A stretch of 64,000 bases of DNA from Candidatus Desulfofervidus auxilii (lineage in GTDB: Bacteria > Desulfobacterota > Desulfofervidia > Desulfofervidales > Desulfofervidaceae): the NCBI GenBank assembly GCA_030262725.1, contig JAJSZS010000003.1, positions 1 through 64,000 on the forward strand. Reading direction: 5' to 3'. The notes below the pieces were generated by a model that saw only the letters and a list, made by a program, of their open reading frames with translations, made no database searches and had not been told where the DNA came from. This document shows, one piece after another, positions 8,969-17,955 of this stretch; position 1 is the first letter of the stretch; the number at the start of each line of letters is the position of its first letter. A program made the position numbers and the translations under genes.

Positions 8969-9920
8969 TTATTTTATTCTTATTTCTATCCATATTTCTT
9001 CACAAAGAATTTCTTCTACAATTTCATCAATAATTTTTGGACTTCTCTCTTCAGGATAAATTAAAGCTTTTATAAGAGGTTTATTAAAAGTCTTTAAAAT
9101 TTCCCTACCAGTATTTGTTATACGATTTTTGTTTTGGTCTAATCTTTCCAATTCCCCTCTTGTAGTCATAGGTAAAAGATAGTTCCTTATAAAAATTTCT
9201 TCTGTCAGATCTTTTTCTTGAAATGCTTTAATAAAAATATCCTTAGCATAAAATCCTTGATTTTTGGGATCGTCTTTATATAATTCTAGTAAGTCATAAT
9301 ATTTTCTATCAAAATTCATCTTAAAAAATGGAATAAAACGGAATTGAAATTTTTTGGGATCTTCACTAGGGGGAGAAAGATATTTTGTATATTCTGAGGC
9401 GCCTAAAAATGTATAATAAATTCGTCCTACTCTTCCACTCAATAAAGCTACTTGTAACAAAGCAGCATTCATAATATTTGTACCACCAGTAATATTACAC
9501 CATATTTGTTTACCTTGCTTTTTACCTTCGCTAAATTTAAGAAATGCCGCTGCCATACGTTCAAAACAAATTTCATAATCATTTTCATTTACAGTGCAAA
9601 TAAAAAGAGTGCTTTTTTTTAGGGAGAATGTTTTTTAAACGGTTTTTTATAAATTTTTCTATAATTTCAATTAAAGTCTTATTCCTTAAAGTTGTACCTT
9701 GAACACTTCCATATTTATTGTCAACACACTCTTTAACAAGCTCTTCTCCTTTACTTACTGCCTGTGAAACAAAAATTACTACACTCTCAATCCTTTCATC
9801 AAAATCCTTTCCTACTAAATCAGAAAATCTCTCAGGATGTGCTTTAATATAAGCTAAAGCAGAAGTCACAGCTCCAGGTGCTTTACCTACTGTAGCAAAA
9901 TGGACTACACCCATAATCAC
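8969..9920 (-). pseudogene. CARF-wHTH (Csa3-like) protein, split by a +/-1 frameshift in a T8 homopolymer (9613-9620). The two ORFs are 9585-9920 and 8969-9556.
   Basis: N-terminal part shows a CARF strand-1 motif (VVHFATVGKAPGAVTSALAYI). C-terminal ORF shows the CARF signature (NITGGTNIM) and a wHTH-like tail (RITNTGREIL). The reading frame switches inside the A8 run on the coding strand. Confidence 0.6.
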
Positions 9921-10609
9921 TCACCTCCAAACCATTGATTGAAATATTCTGGCTTCCTCTCTAAAATACTTCGTAGCACTTTTCCTCTCTGGTTTTTAGA
10001 CAATTTGTGATAAAGTTTTTTACAAGCAATTTCAGCAATAAATTCCCAATCTTTAGCCTTATCTAATTCTTCCGTAAAAAAACGCTTTTCTTCTTCTATT
10101 TTCTCCTGACAATATTTTTTCATCATTAATTCTATCTCCATTCTATTTGCAGAAAATATGTGTGAACCTCTTCTTATGGGAATTTCTTTTGAGTCTATAT
10201 TTACCTCCGAATGTTGCAAGTTTCGTTTAAACATATAAGGAGGATTGTCTGAGTAAATTTCTATAACTATTATTTTTTTACCTTCAATCTCAAACTCTTC
10301 ACAATTTACCCTAGGCACAGGCTCTATCCATTCTGATAAAATTTGATAAATCATCTGACTTAATTGGTCTATTGAGATTTTAGAACAACCTACAATAGGA
10401 GACTCTTCAGAAGATGAGTGTTTTTCATCTTTTATACCAACGATTATATAACCTATTTCTTGGGACAAAGTATTTGCTATAGCAGCTACAAGCTTAGCAA
10501 ATTTTGCCTTATTGGGCTTATTACTTAAATCTAACCTTTCCTTAAAATCTATTTTTTCTATTTCTCTGTGTATCTTGATGATTTCTAAAAGTTCTTTTTT
10601 AGAAAGCAT
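9917..10609 (-). CDS. AlbA_2/Schlafen-like putative DNA-binding domain protein, embedded in the csm operon
   Basis: Pattern matches the AlbA_2 domain: E.EKIDFKERLDL ... AKLVAAIANTLSQEIGYIIVGIKDE ... EFEIEGKKIIVIEIYSDNPPYMFKR. Overlaps both neighbours by 1-4 nt. Confidence 0.5.
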   Translation of the reverse strand: MLSKKELLEIIKIHREIEKIDFKERLDLSNKPNKAKFAKLVAAIANTLSQEIGYIIVGIKDEKHSSSEESPIVGCSKISIDQLSQMIYQILSEWIEPVPRVNCEEFEIEGKKIIVIEIYSDNPPYMFKRNLQHSEVNIDSKEIPIRRGSHIFSANRMEIELMMKKYCQEKIEEEKRFFTEELDKAKDWEFIAEIACKKLYHKLSKNQRGKVLRSILERKPEYFNQWFGGE

Positions 10610-10610
10610 C

Positions 10611-11831
10611 TTAAATTTTTTCCAACTTTACCCATCCTAAAAGATTTTTAGGTTCTCCCATTGCATTTGTAATTACCCGCCTTGTTTTAGGAAACTCTTC
10701 TTTTGTCCGCCAGCGTCTGATGAAGGAAATAGCTTGTCTTAACATTTTATAAACTTGCGGACTGTCTTGTTTTAATTTCAAATCAACCGTTATACTTAAA
10801 AATCCCTGCCCTGCTCCTAATCGCAATAAGGGTGTGTCAGGTCTATTTTGCGTTTTTAAAAATTGTATTTTTTTAAAGATCTCAGGATAATTCCGAAAGT
10901 ATTTCTCTTCATGTTCTAAAAGAGTTTTAGCTTTATAAAAACAGATATTAAAAAGTCCATCTAAAGATAAGTATTTTTCAAATTTTTTATGCCCTAATTT
11001 TTCTAAAAATAAAGATTTCTTTTCTATGTTTAGAGTTGCAATAACTTCCACACCAGCAGATATAGCTTCAAGCCAGGTTTTAGTATAACATTTTGTAGCA
11101 AGACTTTGAGTAAGATAAATCTTAAGATAACTTAAAGGTAAAGGTTGAGTGTCAGCAATAGAGATAAATTTAAAAAAATCATATTTTGCATCAGATCTTC
11201 CATAACAAAGTATTTTAGATTCTAATTCTTTTGCTATTTGCTCCAGTTTTTTTCTTTTATTTTGTGGAGAAAGACCACTTTTATGGATTTTTTGATAATA
11301 TTCTTTTATTTTTATCTCAACTTCCTTAAAAAAACTTTTATCTTGCGTAAGAAAAAAGGAAAGAAAAGCCGTTCGTAAAGCTCCTTTTATTTCTGTTCCA
11401 GGTATGTACGGATTAAACGATGGAGTTTTAAGACAAGTTTTAAACCCATCCTGTGTAGGTTGTACTTCAAATGGAATTCTATAGAGGCAAAATTTTTTAA
11501 CAATAGAAGAAATATTTGTCTCTAATCTATTCTTAAGAAACCAATGGATATCAAGCCTTTGCTCTATTTCTCTTTTTTGTTTTTTTAATCTTCGCAAAAA
11601 TTCAAAGTTATCCCCTGCTGATTTTATCTTTTCTTCTATATCATCTATTTGAGCTAATAGGTTTTCCATCCAGTTTAAAAAGCTTTCTCTTTCTTTTTCA
11701 GAAAAATCTGCAAGCAACCTTTCTATATCAAGCACATAAACCCATCCTTTATCAATAATATAAGAAAGAGGTTTTAAGCTATTTCCATCTCCAATATGTA
11801 CAGGGGTAAGGGTGATAAGTTTTATACGCAT
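10611..11831 (-). CDS. csm5: Csm5 (Cas7-group RAMP)
   Basis: ITLTPVHIGDG N-terminus and an IPGTEIKGALRTAF G-rich loop. 406 aa. Position downstream of csm4. Confidence 0.8.
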   Translation of the reverse strand: MRIKLITLTPVHIGDGNSLKPLSYIIDKGWVYVLDIERLLADFSEKERESFLNWMENLLAQIDDIEEKIKSAGDNFEFLRRLKKQKREIEQRLDIHWFLKNRLETNISSIVKKFCLYRIPFEVQPTQDGFKTCLKTPSFNPYIPGTEIKGALRTAFLSFFLTQDKSFFKEVEIKIKEYYQKIHKSGLSPQNKRKKLEQIAKELESKILCYGRSDAKYDFFKFISIADTQPLPLSYLKIYLTQSLATKCYTKTWLEAISAGVEVIATLNIEKKSLFLEKLGHKKFEKYLSLDGLFNICFYKAKTLLEHEEKYFRNYPEIFKKIQFLKTQNRPDTPLLRLGAGQGFLSITVDLKLKQDSPQVYKMLRQAISFIRRWRTKEEFPKTRRVITNAMGEPKNLLGWVKLEKI

Positions 11832-12946
11832 TTTTTACTTACCTCTATTTTGGCAAATATAGGAAAGGCAATACCATCATAAAATGTATCATCTTGTCCG
11901 ATTTTTCCTATAGCTATGAGTTTTCCGTAACTTTCTTTTTTAGATAAAAATGTAAATAAAGATCCCTCTTCAAAGCAGCGTATTAGTTTTTTAAAAATCC
12001 CTCGGTTATCATAGGAATACAAGGTATCTAATTTTGCTCTCAAGTTTAAAATATTCCATAAAGAAAGAGATAAATCTATCTCATCTTTTACAGGCACATA
12101 TCTTGAAAGTGTTATAAAAACATTAGGATTTTGAACAGCAGGCGGCTCATATTTTTCTATTTGAAACCTGAAGTGTCCTTTTCCTGCAGTTCTCTCTCCA
12201 CCTATGCCTGTATCGGCTAAAAATCGTAAAAGAGAATGTATAAACTCTTTGTCTTTTGTTTTTATAAGAAACCACAAACCACAACAGGTATGAAAAAATA
12301 TCTCTTTTCTGAAAAATAAAAATCCTTCACCTGTAGAAAAGGAAATCCTGTCAATTTGATTTTTTTGAATATCTATTTCCTTAAAAAGGTATTTATCTAT
12401 TAGCTCGCCCTCAGGGTCTATTTGCCTCCTTTCTTCAGTAGTAATCAAACAAAAACCGTATTTTTCTATATCTGTTTTTATGCTCCCTCTCTTTTTTAAC
12501 CAAAAACATATTTTAGAATACCCAAAGTTACCCTTTATCATTCCCCAAAAGATGTTTTCTGAGACATATCTAATTCTTTTAAAATCTTTTAATCTTTCAC
12601 TGATTCTCAAAAAAGCCAAGTTAAAGTTTAAAACTTCATCCTGTGTGATAATTTCTCCTATTCTCTTCTGTTTTTCTATTAGTTTTTTTCTTTCTTCATA
12701 ATCTGGATCAGGCAGAAGTGGTTTAGGAAAAAAATGAATTTTCCTATCGCTATTAAATACGCAAGGAAAACTAGAACTTAAAATAAATGGAGGAGAGTTT
12801 TCTATAAAGGCCGAAAGGGTCTCTTTAAGTCTTTTTTTGCCGTAGAGATGGAAAATTGCCCAGCAAAAGGCACCAAATAAGGTATCAGAAGCAGGCCATG
12901 TAGTAAAAGAAGACTTTGGGTATAAATAAACTGCATAAGTTTGCAT
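11822..12946 (-). CDS. csm4: Csm4 (Cas5-group RAMP)
   Basis: N-terminal YPKSSFTTWPASDTLFGAFCWA signature. Confidence 0.85.
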   Translation of the reverse strand: MQTYAVYLYPKSSFTTWPASDTLFGAFCWAIFHLYGKKRLKETLSAFIENSPPFILSSSFPCVFNSDRKIHFFPKPLLPDPDYEERKKLIEKQKRIGEIITQDEVLNFNLAFLRISERLKDFKRIRYVSENIFWGMIKGNFGYSKICFWLKKRGSIKTDIEKYGFCLITTEERRQIDPEGELIDKYLFKEIDIQKNQIDRISFSTGEGFLFFRKEIFFHTCCGLWFLIKTKDKEFIHSLLRFLADTGIGGERTAGKGHFRFQIEKYEPPAVQNPNVFITLSRYVPVKDEIDLSLSLWNILNLRAKLDTLYSYDNRGIFKKLIRCFEEGSLFTFLSKKESYGKLIAIGKIGQDDTFYDGIAFPIFAKIEVSKKCV

Positions 12947-12951
12947 AGAAA

Positions 12952-13905
12952 TTACTCCACATTAGGAAAATTCTCAATAATTTGTTTAACAGTAATTATT
13001 TCCCTCTCTATCTCACCTTTAATTGGATGAACAAATTTTTCTTTTATAGGCTGTATCTTATTCAGACTTTCTACAATTTCATCCTTACCATCTGTTTTTC
13101 CTGTTTGGTAATATTCTTTAGAATGAAACTCTATAAAGTTTTTATTTTTTTTATTTTCAAATATAAATTTTATCTTCCCATATCCTCTGCTTCCAGATCC
13201 CCCAAGGCTGCTATCTTCTAGAAGAAGCATAGCAGTGAAAACATCCTTTAAAAGCTTTTTATCTTCATTACGATAAATGTCAAAAATTATTTCTAACTGA
13301 AACTCTGATCCTGCAGGCACTCTTTCCATTGGACGGGGAGTAGCTTGAGAGGTAATCCGATCAATGGTATTTTCTGTCTTAATCTCTGTATATGTTGCTT
13401 CACCTAAAAGTGTTTGCCATAAATTTATAGTGTCATCTACAGGAAAAGCATCTCTTATTGTGATTCTAGTAGGCTGTGCCCCTGATGCAGTTGCAGATGT
13501 TCCAAAAATTAAACAAATTTCGCATTCGTTTATTAATTCTTTTAATTTTTTTTCAATTTCTTGCTTTTTTTCTTCTTCTTTTTCCTTATTTTTTGCTTGT
13601 TGATATTTTCTAAGCTCTGCCTTCAGTTGCTTAATTTCAGGATGGTTTTCACAAGAATGGGCAGGAAATTTATTTTTATCATCTGAATATACTTTTCCCA
13701 ATTTCCACTCTAAAAGACACCGCATCTTTCCCTTTAGAGAAGAACCAGGAATGTATGGATAACCAGTTAAGGGGTCTTTTATAACCACATTATCAACTCC
13801 ACCTATTTCTATTCCTTCTTGAGTACCGCCGATATGAAGACCTGTTTCAAGTCTGACAATACCCTTAATTAAGTATTTTCCTAAAAAGCTAAGTTCTTGT
13901 TGCAT
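12952..13905 (-). CDS. csm3: Csm3 (Cas7 backbone subunit) with a zinc-finger insertion
   Basis: GLHIGG and a GSSLKGKMR G-rich loop. CxxH...CEIC insertion. 317 aa. Confidence 0.85.
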   Translation of the reverse strand: MQQELSFLGKYLIKGIVRLETGLHIGGTQEGIEIGGVDNVVIKDPLTGYPYIPGSSLKGKMRCLLEWKLGKVYSDDKNKFPAHSCENHPEIKQLKAELRKYQQAKNKEKEEEKKQEIEKKLKELINECEICLIFGTSATASGAQPTRITIRDAFPVDDTINLWQTLLGEATYTEIKTENTIDRITSQATPRPMERVPAGSEFQLEIIFDIYRNEDKKLLKDVFTAMLLLEDSSLGGSGSRGYGKIKFIFENKKNKNFIEFHSKEYYQTGKTDGKDEIVESLNKIQPIKEKFVHPIKGEIEREIITVKQIIENFPNVE

Positions 13906-13907
13906 TT

Positions 13908-14339
13908 TTACCCTCCACGAGGATAATGATATTTATGATATGCTATAATTGCTTCCAAGAAATCAGCTAAGCGAAGAAAATCTTCATTTGTTTGGAGAAT
14001 TTCCTTACGTAAGCATATTTTTAATACTTTCTGATAGAATTCTTTTGGTATAAGTCCTCTTCCTACTGAATATACTAAAACAGGCAAAAGCTTAGCTACC
14101 TGTGCAAAATCAAATGGATCATTAGGTTTACGGCTTATCTTTCTAGAAATTGCTTTAATTTCGTTGAAAAATTTCCGCAATTGAGTCATTTTTAACTCTT
14201 TTGCATTTTGGACAATTTTATCTGCAAGTCCACCTTCGTCACAAAATTCTTTGTAGTCTAATTCTTTAAAAGAATGAAGCTCGCGTAAACGTTCTTCTAT
14301 TTCTTTAAAACCCTTCTTTTTTTTAGATTCTTCTTTCAT
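13908..14339 (-). CDS. csm2: Csm2 (Cas11 small subunit)
   Basis: 143-aa helical protein with the TQLRKFFNEIKAI motif. Position between cas10 and csm3. Confidence 0.75.
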   Translation of the reverse strand: MKEESKKKKGFKEIEERLRELHSFKELDYKEFCDEGGLADKIVQNAKELKMTQLRKFFNEIKAISRKISRKPNDPFDFAQVAKLLPVLVYSVGRGLIPKEFYQKVLKICLRKEILQTNEDFLRLADFLEAIIAYHKYHYPRGG

Positions 14340-14340
14340 A

Positions 14341-16848
14341 CTAACTCCCCCTTATCTTCAAGCTTACATAAGAAGTAATTATTCTCAAACTATTATTAAA
14401 AAACTTAGATATTTTCTCAACCAATTCAGCCTTAACCTCTTCATCTTTTATTCTTCTTACCACATTATAAAAAAAATATGGCACCCACATTAAAGTGGTT
14501 TCTTTTTCTAAATTATGCAGAAAATATATAAATCCACGCGGCATTTTTTCTTCTTTTATCCAAGAAATCATCTTTTCAGCAAAATTAAACACTTCTTTAA
14601 ATTCATTCCACTTTATAGTTCTATTAAATAAAGTTAATCTGTTTTTCTCATTGAACCCTTTAACTTCACAAGTTTTAGATCTTTCTAATGCTTGACCTGC
14701 TAAATGCACAAATCTCTGAATAGGAAAAAGAGGTTTTACAAAACATATCCCACCTGAAAGATGAAAGTTTTCGTTAAAAGAAGTATAAGCTGTAAAATCT
14801 TGTTGAATCTTGTAACTTAGCTCAATAATAGCATCCCAAGGGCCTATGATTAACAAATCATCTCCACCTGCATAAAGGATATAATAAAGACTTTCAAAAG
14901 CACCTTGCCAGTTTTTATTTTCTTTTACCCATTTTTCTGTTAGCTCTCTACAAATTACATTTAGCCATCCACCAAAAAACAAGTCTAAAATTGTGCTTAA
15001 AGTGGAAATCCTTGAAAAGGACATTTCTTCTTTTTTTAACCCTAACGCAAATATTGCTCCCAAATAATCAACATCCATTTTTAATACACCTAAATATTTT
15101 GCTCCTTTGTTTAACTCAGCTATTTCTTCAAAACTTAAAATATCTCCCTTTTTTACTTCTTCATCTTTTACATTTATTCCTTCCTTCAATACTTTGGGCA
15201 CAGCATTTGCGATAAACTTAAACCCAAAAGAGGTAGATTTACCCTTCTTTTTGAAGTCTAATAGATTTTCAGGGATAAAATCACTTTCAGGATTTAGTAC
15301 ATAAATAACTGCTTTTTGCTCATTATCTATACATGAACAAAATGCCTTTATCTCCTCCTCAGAAATCAAATACACATAAACACCTAATTTTTTAAAAGCA
15401 ACCTTTACGAGATGTTTCAAATTTTCCTTAAAAATTTCTTTAATTAGAATAGGTTTTCCATAAAGAAAAACGATATATTTTGTTTTAGGCAACTTATTTC
15501 CAATTTCCTCTTGTTTTTTACATTGAATACAACATATTTCATTATCTTTTATTTGAGAAACCAAACACACTCTACACACATTTAAAGGAACACTTTTTTC
15601 GGGTGTAAAAAAGTCACTGGTTTTTAATATCTCTAAAAATTTCTTATATTTTTGTTTTGCCAATGTATCTTCAAGTTTCTGATAAACAAAAGAAAGATCC
15701 AGAAAATCTTTTGGACATATTTCCACAGCTGCTATTTGAAGACTTAACTCTCCATTAAACTCCTCAAGAAGCCACTTATTTAGTTGAGACAATAAATTGG
15801 GAATTTTCTCTTCTGCGGTAATAGGCAAAAGCAAATCAAATCTTCCTCCACCACAAAAAAGAATATTGGCAACAGGAAGTTCAATTTCCCTTATAATCCA
15901 ATCAGCAATAACCTCTGTAAGAAGGGTTACAAAAAATGACCTTCCTCTAAGCCTTTTTGCTGTTTTTCTAGTATCTTTCTCAGGTTCAGGGCGGGTAATA
16001 GAATAAATAAATTTTTGGATACCTGCTATATCTCCTCTTAATAACAAAAATAAAGGTTTTTTAGTTATATCTAATGAATTAAACCTCCTTTCAAAATCTT
16101 CCTCTTTATAACTTTTAAGAATTTTCACTAATTCTTTCATTTCCTGTAAAGATAGGTCATTCTTAGAAAGCTTATTTAAACAAGCGGCAATTGCACATGT
16201 GATTTTGGAATGGTCAAACAAAGAAATATCAGGAATAGTTTGAGCGTCTTTTTCCCATGGAGTAGCTGAAGGAACAAATAAAACAAACTTTTTTAAAAGG
16301 TAATATAAAGTCACAAAATCACAATCTTGATATTTACTAAGTCGCTTAACACTCCCGAAAAATTCTTCCCAAGTAGTTTTATAAGCATCTTCTTCTACTT
16401 TTTCTTTCTCTGTAGGAAATAAAATTTCTTTTTTAATCTGCAAAGGATAGGGCTGATAATATTTTTCAGTAGGTGGGTTGGCATGAAGTTTAATTTTTGA
16501 AGTAATAGCAACTAAAGCAGCCTGTTTAGAAGAAATCCTTTCTCTCACTTCCTGCCTTCTCTCAATTGATGAAAGCTTATCTGCTATTTGCAAAATTAAC
16601 TCATCTTTAGTAGTAGGAATTTCATGGTGGTTTCTTACTAACTTCTTTATTTCTATCCATACTGTTTCTTCCCAGAAACTTTTAAGAGCTTTAATAAAAT
16701 GCTCTCCTACCTCCGCATGCGTTCCTAAAAACTCTTTACTTGCCCTTTGGGACAATTTTCCAATATCATGTAAAAGACTTGCTAATAAAATAATCCTTTC
16801 ATTTTTATCCATTTTCATTTTCCTTCCTTCAAACACCCACACGTCCAA
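14341..16848 (-). CDS. cas10: Cas10/Csm1 with intact HD nuclease and GGDD cyclase motifs
   Basis: N-terminal HD (LLHDIGK ... NHHE), a treble-clef zinc finger (CRVCLVSQIKDNEICCIQC), and a palm GGDD (YAGGDDLLIIG). The real start is probably an internal Met (MKMDKNE near 16812-16818). Confidence 0.9.
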   Translation of the reverse strand: MDVWVFEGRKMKMDKNERIILLASLLHDIGKLSQRASKEFLGTHAEVGEHFIKALKSFWEETVWIEIKKLVRNHHEIPTTKDELILQIADKLSSIERRQEVRERISSKQAALVAITSKIKLHANPPTEKYYQPYPLQIKKEILFPTEKEKVEEDAYKTTWEEFFGSVKRLSKYQDCDFVTLYYLLKKFVLFVPSATPWEKDAQTIPDISLFDHSKITCAIAACLNKLSKNDLSLQEMKELVKILKSYKEEDFERRFNSLDITKKPLFLLLRGDIAGIQKFIYSITRPEPEKDTRKTAKRLRGRSFFVTLLTEVIADWIIREIELPVANILFCGGGRFDLLLPITAEEKIPNLLSQLNKWLLEEFNGELSLQIAAVEICPKDFLDLSFVYQKLEDTLAKQKYKKFLEILKTSDFFTPEKSVPLNVCRVCLVSQIKDNEICCIQCKKQEEIGNKLPKTKYIVFLYGKPILIKEIFKENLKHLVKVAFKKLGVYVYLISEEEIKAFCSCIDNEQKAVIYVLNPESDFIPENLLDFKKKGKSTSFGFKFIANAVPKVLKEGINVKDEEVKKGDILSFEEIAELNKGAKYLGVLKMDVDYLGAIFALGLKKEEMSFSRISTLSTILDLFFGGWLNVICRELTEKWVKENKNWQGAFESLYYILYAGGDDLLIIGPWDAIIELSYKIQQDFTAYTSFNENFHLSGGICFVKPLFPIQRFVHLAGQALERSKTCEVKGFNEKNRLTLFNRTIKWNEFKEVFNFAEKMISWIKEEKMPRGFIYFLHNLEKETTLMWVPYFFYNVVRRIKDEEVKAELVEKISKFFNNSLRIITSYVSLKIRGS

Positions 16849-17630
16849 ATGCCTTTATTTGTAATTCTAATTCCGCCCCTTTCAACCTCCACTAATCCAT
16901 AATGCTCAAGGCGGTTAATTTCGTCTGCGTATTTGTTTATTAATTCTTCAAATTCCTTATTGCTTTTTGTTTTTTTGTCAGAAAGCATCTCTAAAACCTT
17001 TAATTCATTTCCCCTTGGTAGGTAAAAAAGTGGAGGAAATTTGATTATGTCTTTAAATTCTTCATGCATATAATAAACCTCACAACCTGTAAGAAAACCA
17101 GCAAGGGCACTAGTAATTACATGTGCCTTAAATCCACCTGTAGGATTAAAGACAACTTTATATCCTTCTTTTTTCTTTTTACTAGCAAGATAAATGAAAC
17201 GATCAAGAATGTCAGTTAGTCCTTTAATAAATTCATCTGCTGCTGTTTCTAAAGGTCTATCAAAATAGCCAGGAAATTGAGGTGAGCTATACATTGCGCA
17301 ATTTAACCCTTCTTTAAAATACTTTTCAATTGTTCTTAAGGCAATTTCATTAGAGGCAGTTTGTGTACCAGATAAATAGATTTCACAAGTTGCAGGATTG
17401 ATACTGTGCTTTTCACAATATTTTAAAAAAGAATTCAATTCAGCAGATCTTTCTCTAGGTTTTTCAGAAAGAAAATCATAAATCTTTTTAAAAAAAGATG
17501 AATCATTTATAACTTCTAACCATATTTCATCACCCATTCCTGCATTTTTTACCTTTGAATCATCTATGTTTTTTTGATAATTTGCAATAAGACTATTGCC
17601 TACAGTAATTAAATGAAACTCCTTTTTCAT
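16815..17630 (-). CDS. CARF-wHTH protein (Csa3-like putative cOA-responsive regulator)
   Basis: CARF motifs HLITVGNSLIANY and FNPTGGFKAHVITSALAGF. C-terminal wHTH-like segment (LKVLEMLSD...GLVEVERGGIRITNKG). No R-X4-6-H HEPN motif found. Confidence 0.7.
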   Translation of the reverse strand: MKKEFHLITVGNSLIANYQKNIDDSKVKNAGMGDEIWLEVINDSSFFKKIYDFLSEKPRERSAELNSFLKYCEKHSINPATCEIYLSGTQTASNEIALRTIEKYFKEGLNCAMYSSPQFPGYFDRPLETAADEFIKGLTDILDRFIYLASKKKKEGYKVVFNPTGGFKAHVITSALAGFLTGCEVYYMHEEFKDIIKFPPLFYLPRGNELKVLEMLSDKKTKSNKEFEELINKYADEINRLEHYGLVEVERGGIRITNKGIWTCGCLKEGK

Positions 17631-17955
17631 CCATCCTCAATTTACCTAAGTGCCGTTAAAATGTCAAGAAAATATTTAAAAGATTTTTTCTTGCCTTAAA
17701 ATAAAAATTATGCTATCAATTTGAAAAAATTAAGCTCTTTTGAAAACTGAATAGGATCTCCAATTTTGCGGAAACCTTCCCTATTGTTCTAAGTGCCCAA
17801 TTTTTTAAAGTGGTTCCCGAAAAAGAATTTTTCCCTTTTTAAGGGAGATTATTAAAATTACCTGCTTAAGAAAAGTTAATTTTGGGCAATCAATAAAGAG
17901 GTTTCCGAAAATGGGTTTCTAACTACCCAATATTTCAAACGCAAAAAACGGTGCG
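17631..17955 (+). promoter_or_regulatory. CRISPR leader / divergent promoter region containing a repeated GGTTTCCG motif and repeat-like fragments
   Basis: AT-rich 325-bp gap between the CARF gene and repeat 1. GCGGAAACC (17768-17776), GGTTCCCGAAAAAG (17812-17825), GGTTTCCGAAAA (17900-17911). GGGTTTCTAAC (17913-17923) is the reverse complement of the repeat 5' end. Confidence 0.5.

Noticed and set aside
9917-10609. Considered whether this 230-aa gene could be the missing Cas6
   Set aside because: It has no C-terminal glycine-rich loop and no RRM/RAMP-like pattern. Instead it matches the AlbA_2 domain pattern.
8969-17630. Search for HEPN (R-X4-6-H) or other nuclease motifs in the two CARF proteins to call them Csm6/Csx1
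   Set aside because: Only RLEH (too short a spacing) was found. The C-terminal ~90 aa look like wHTH. I therefore called them Csa3-like and did not call them Csm6/Csx1.
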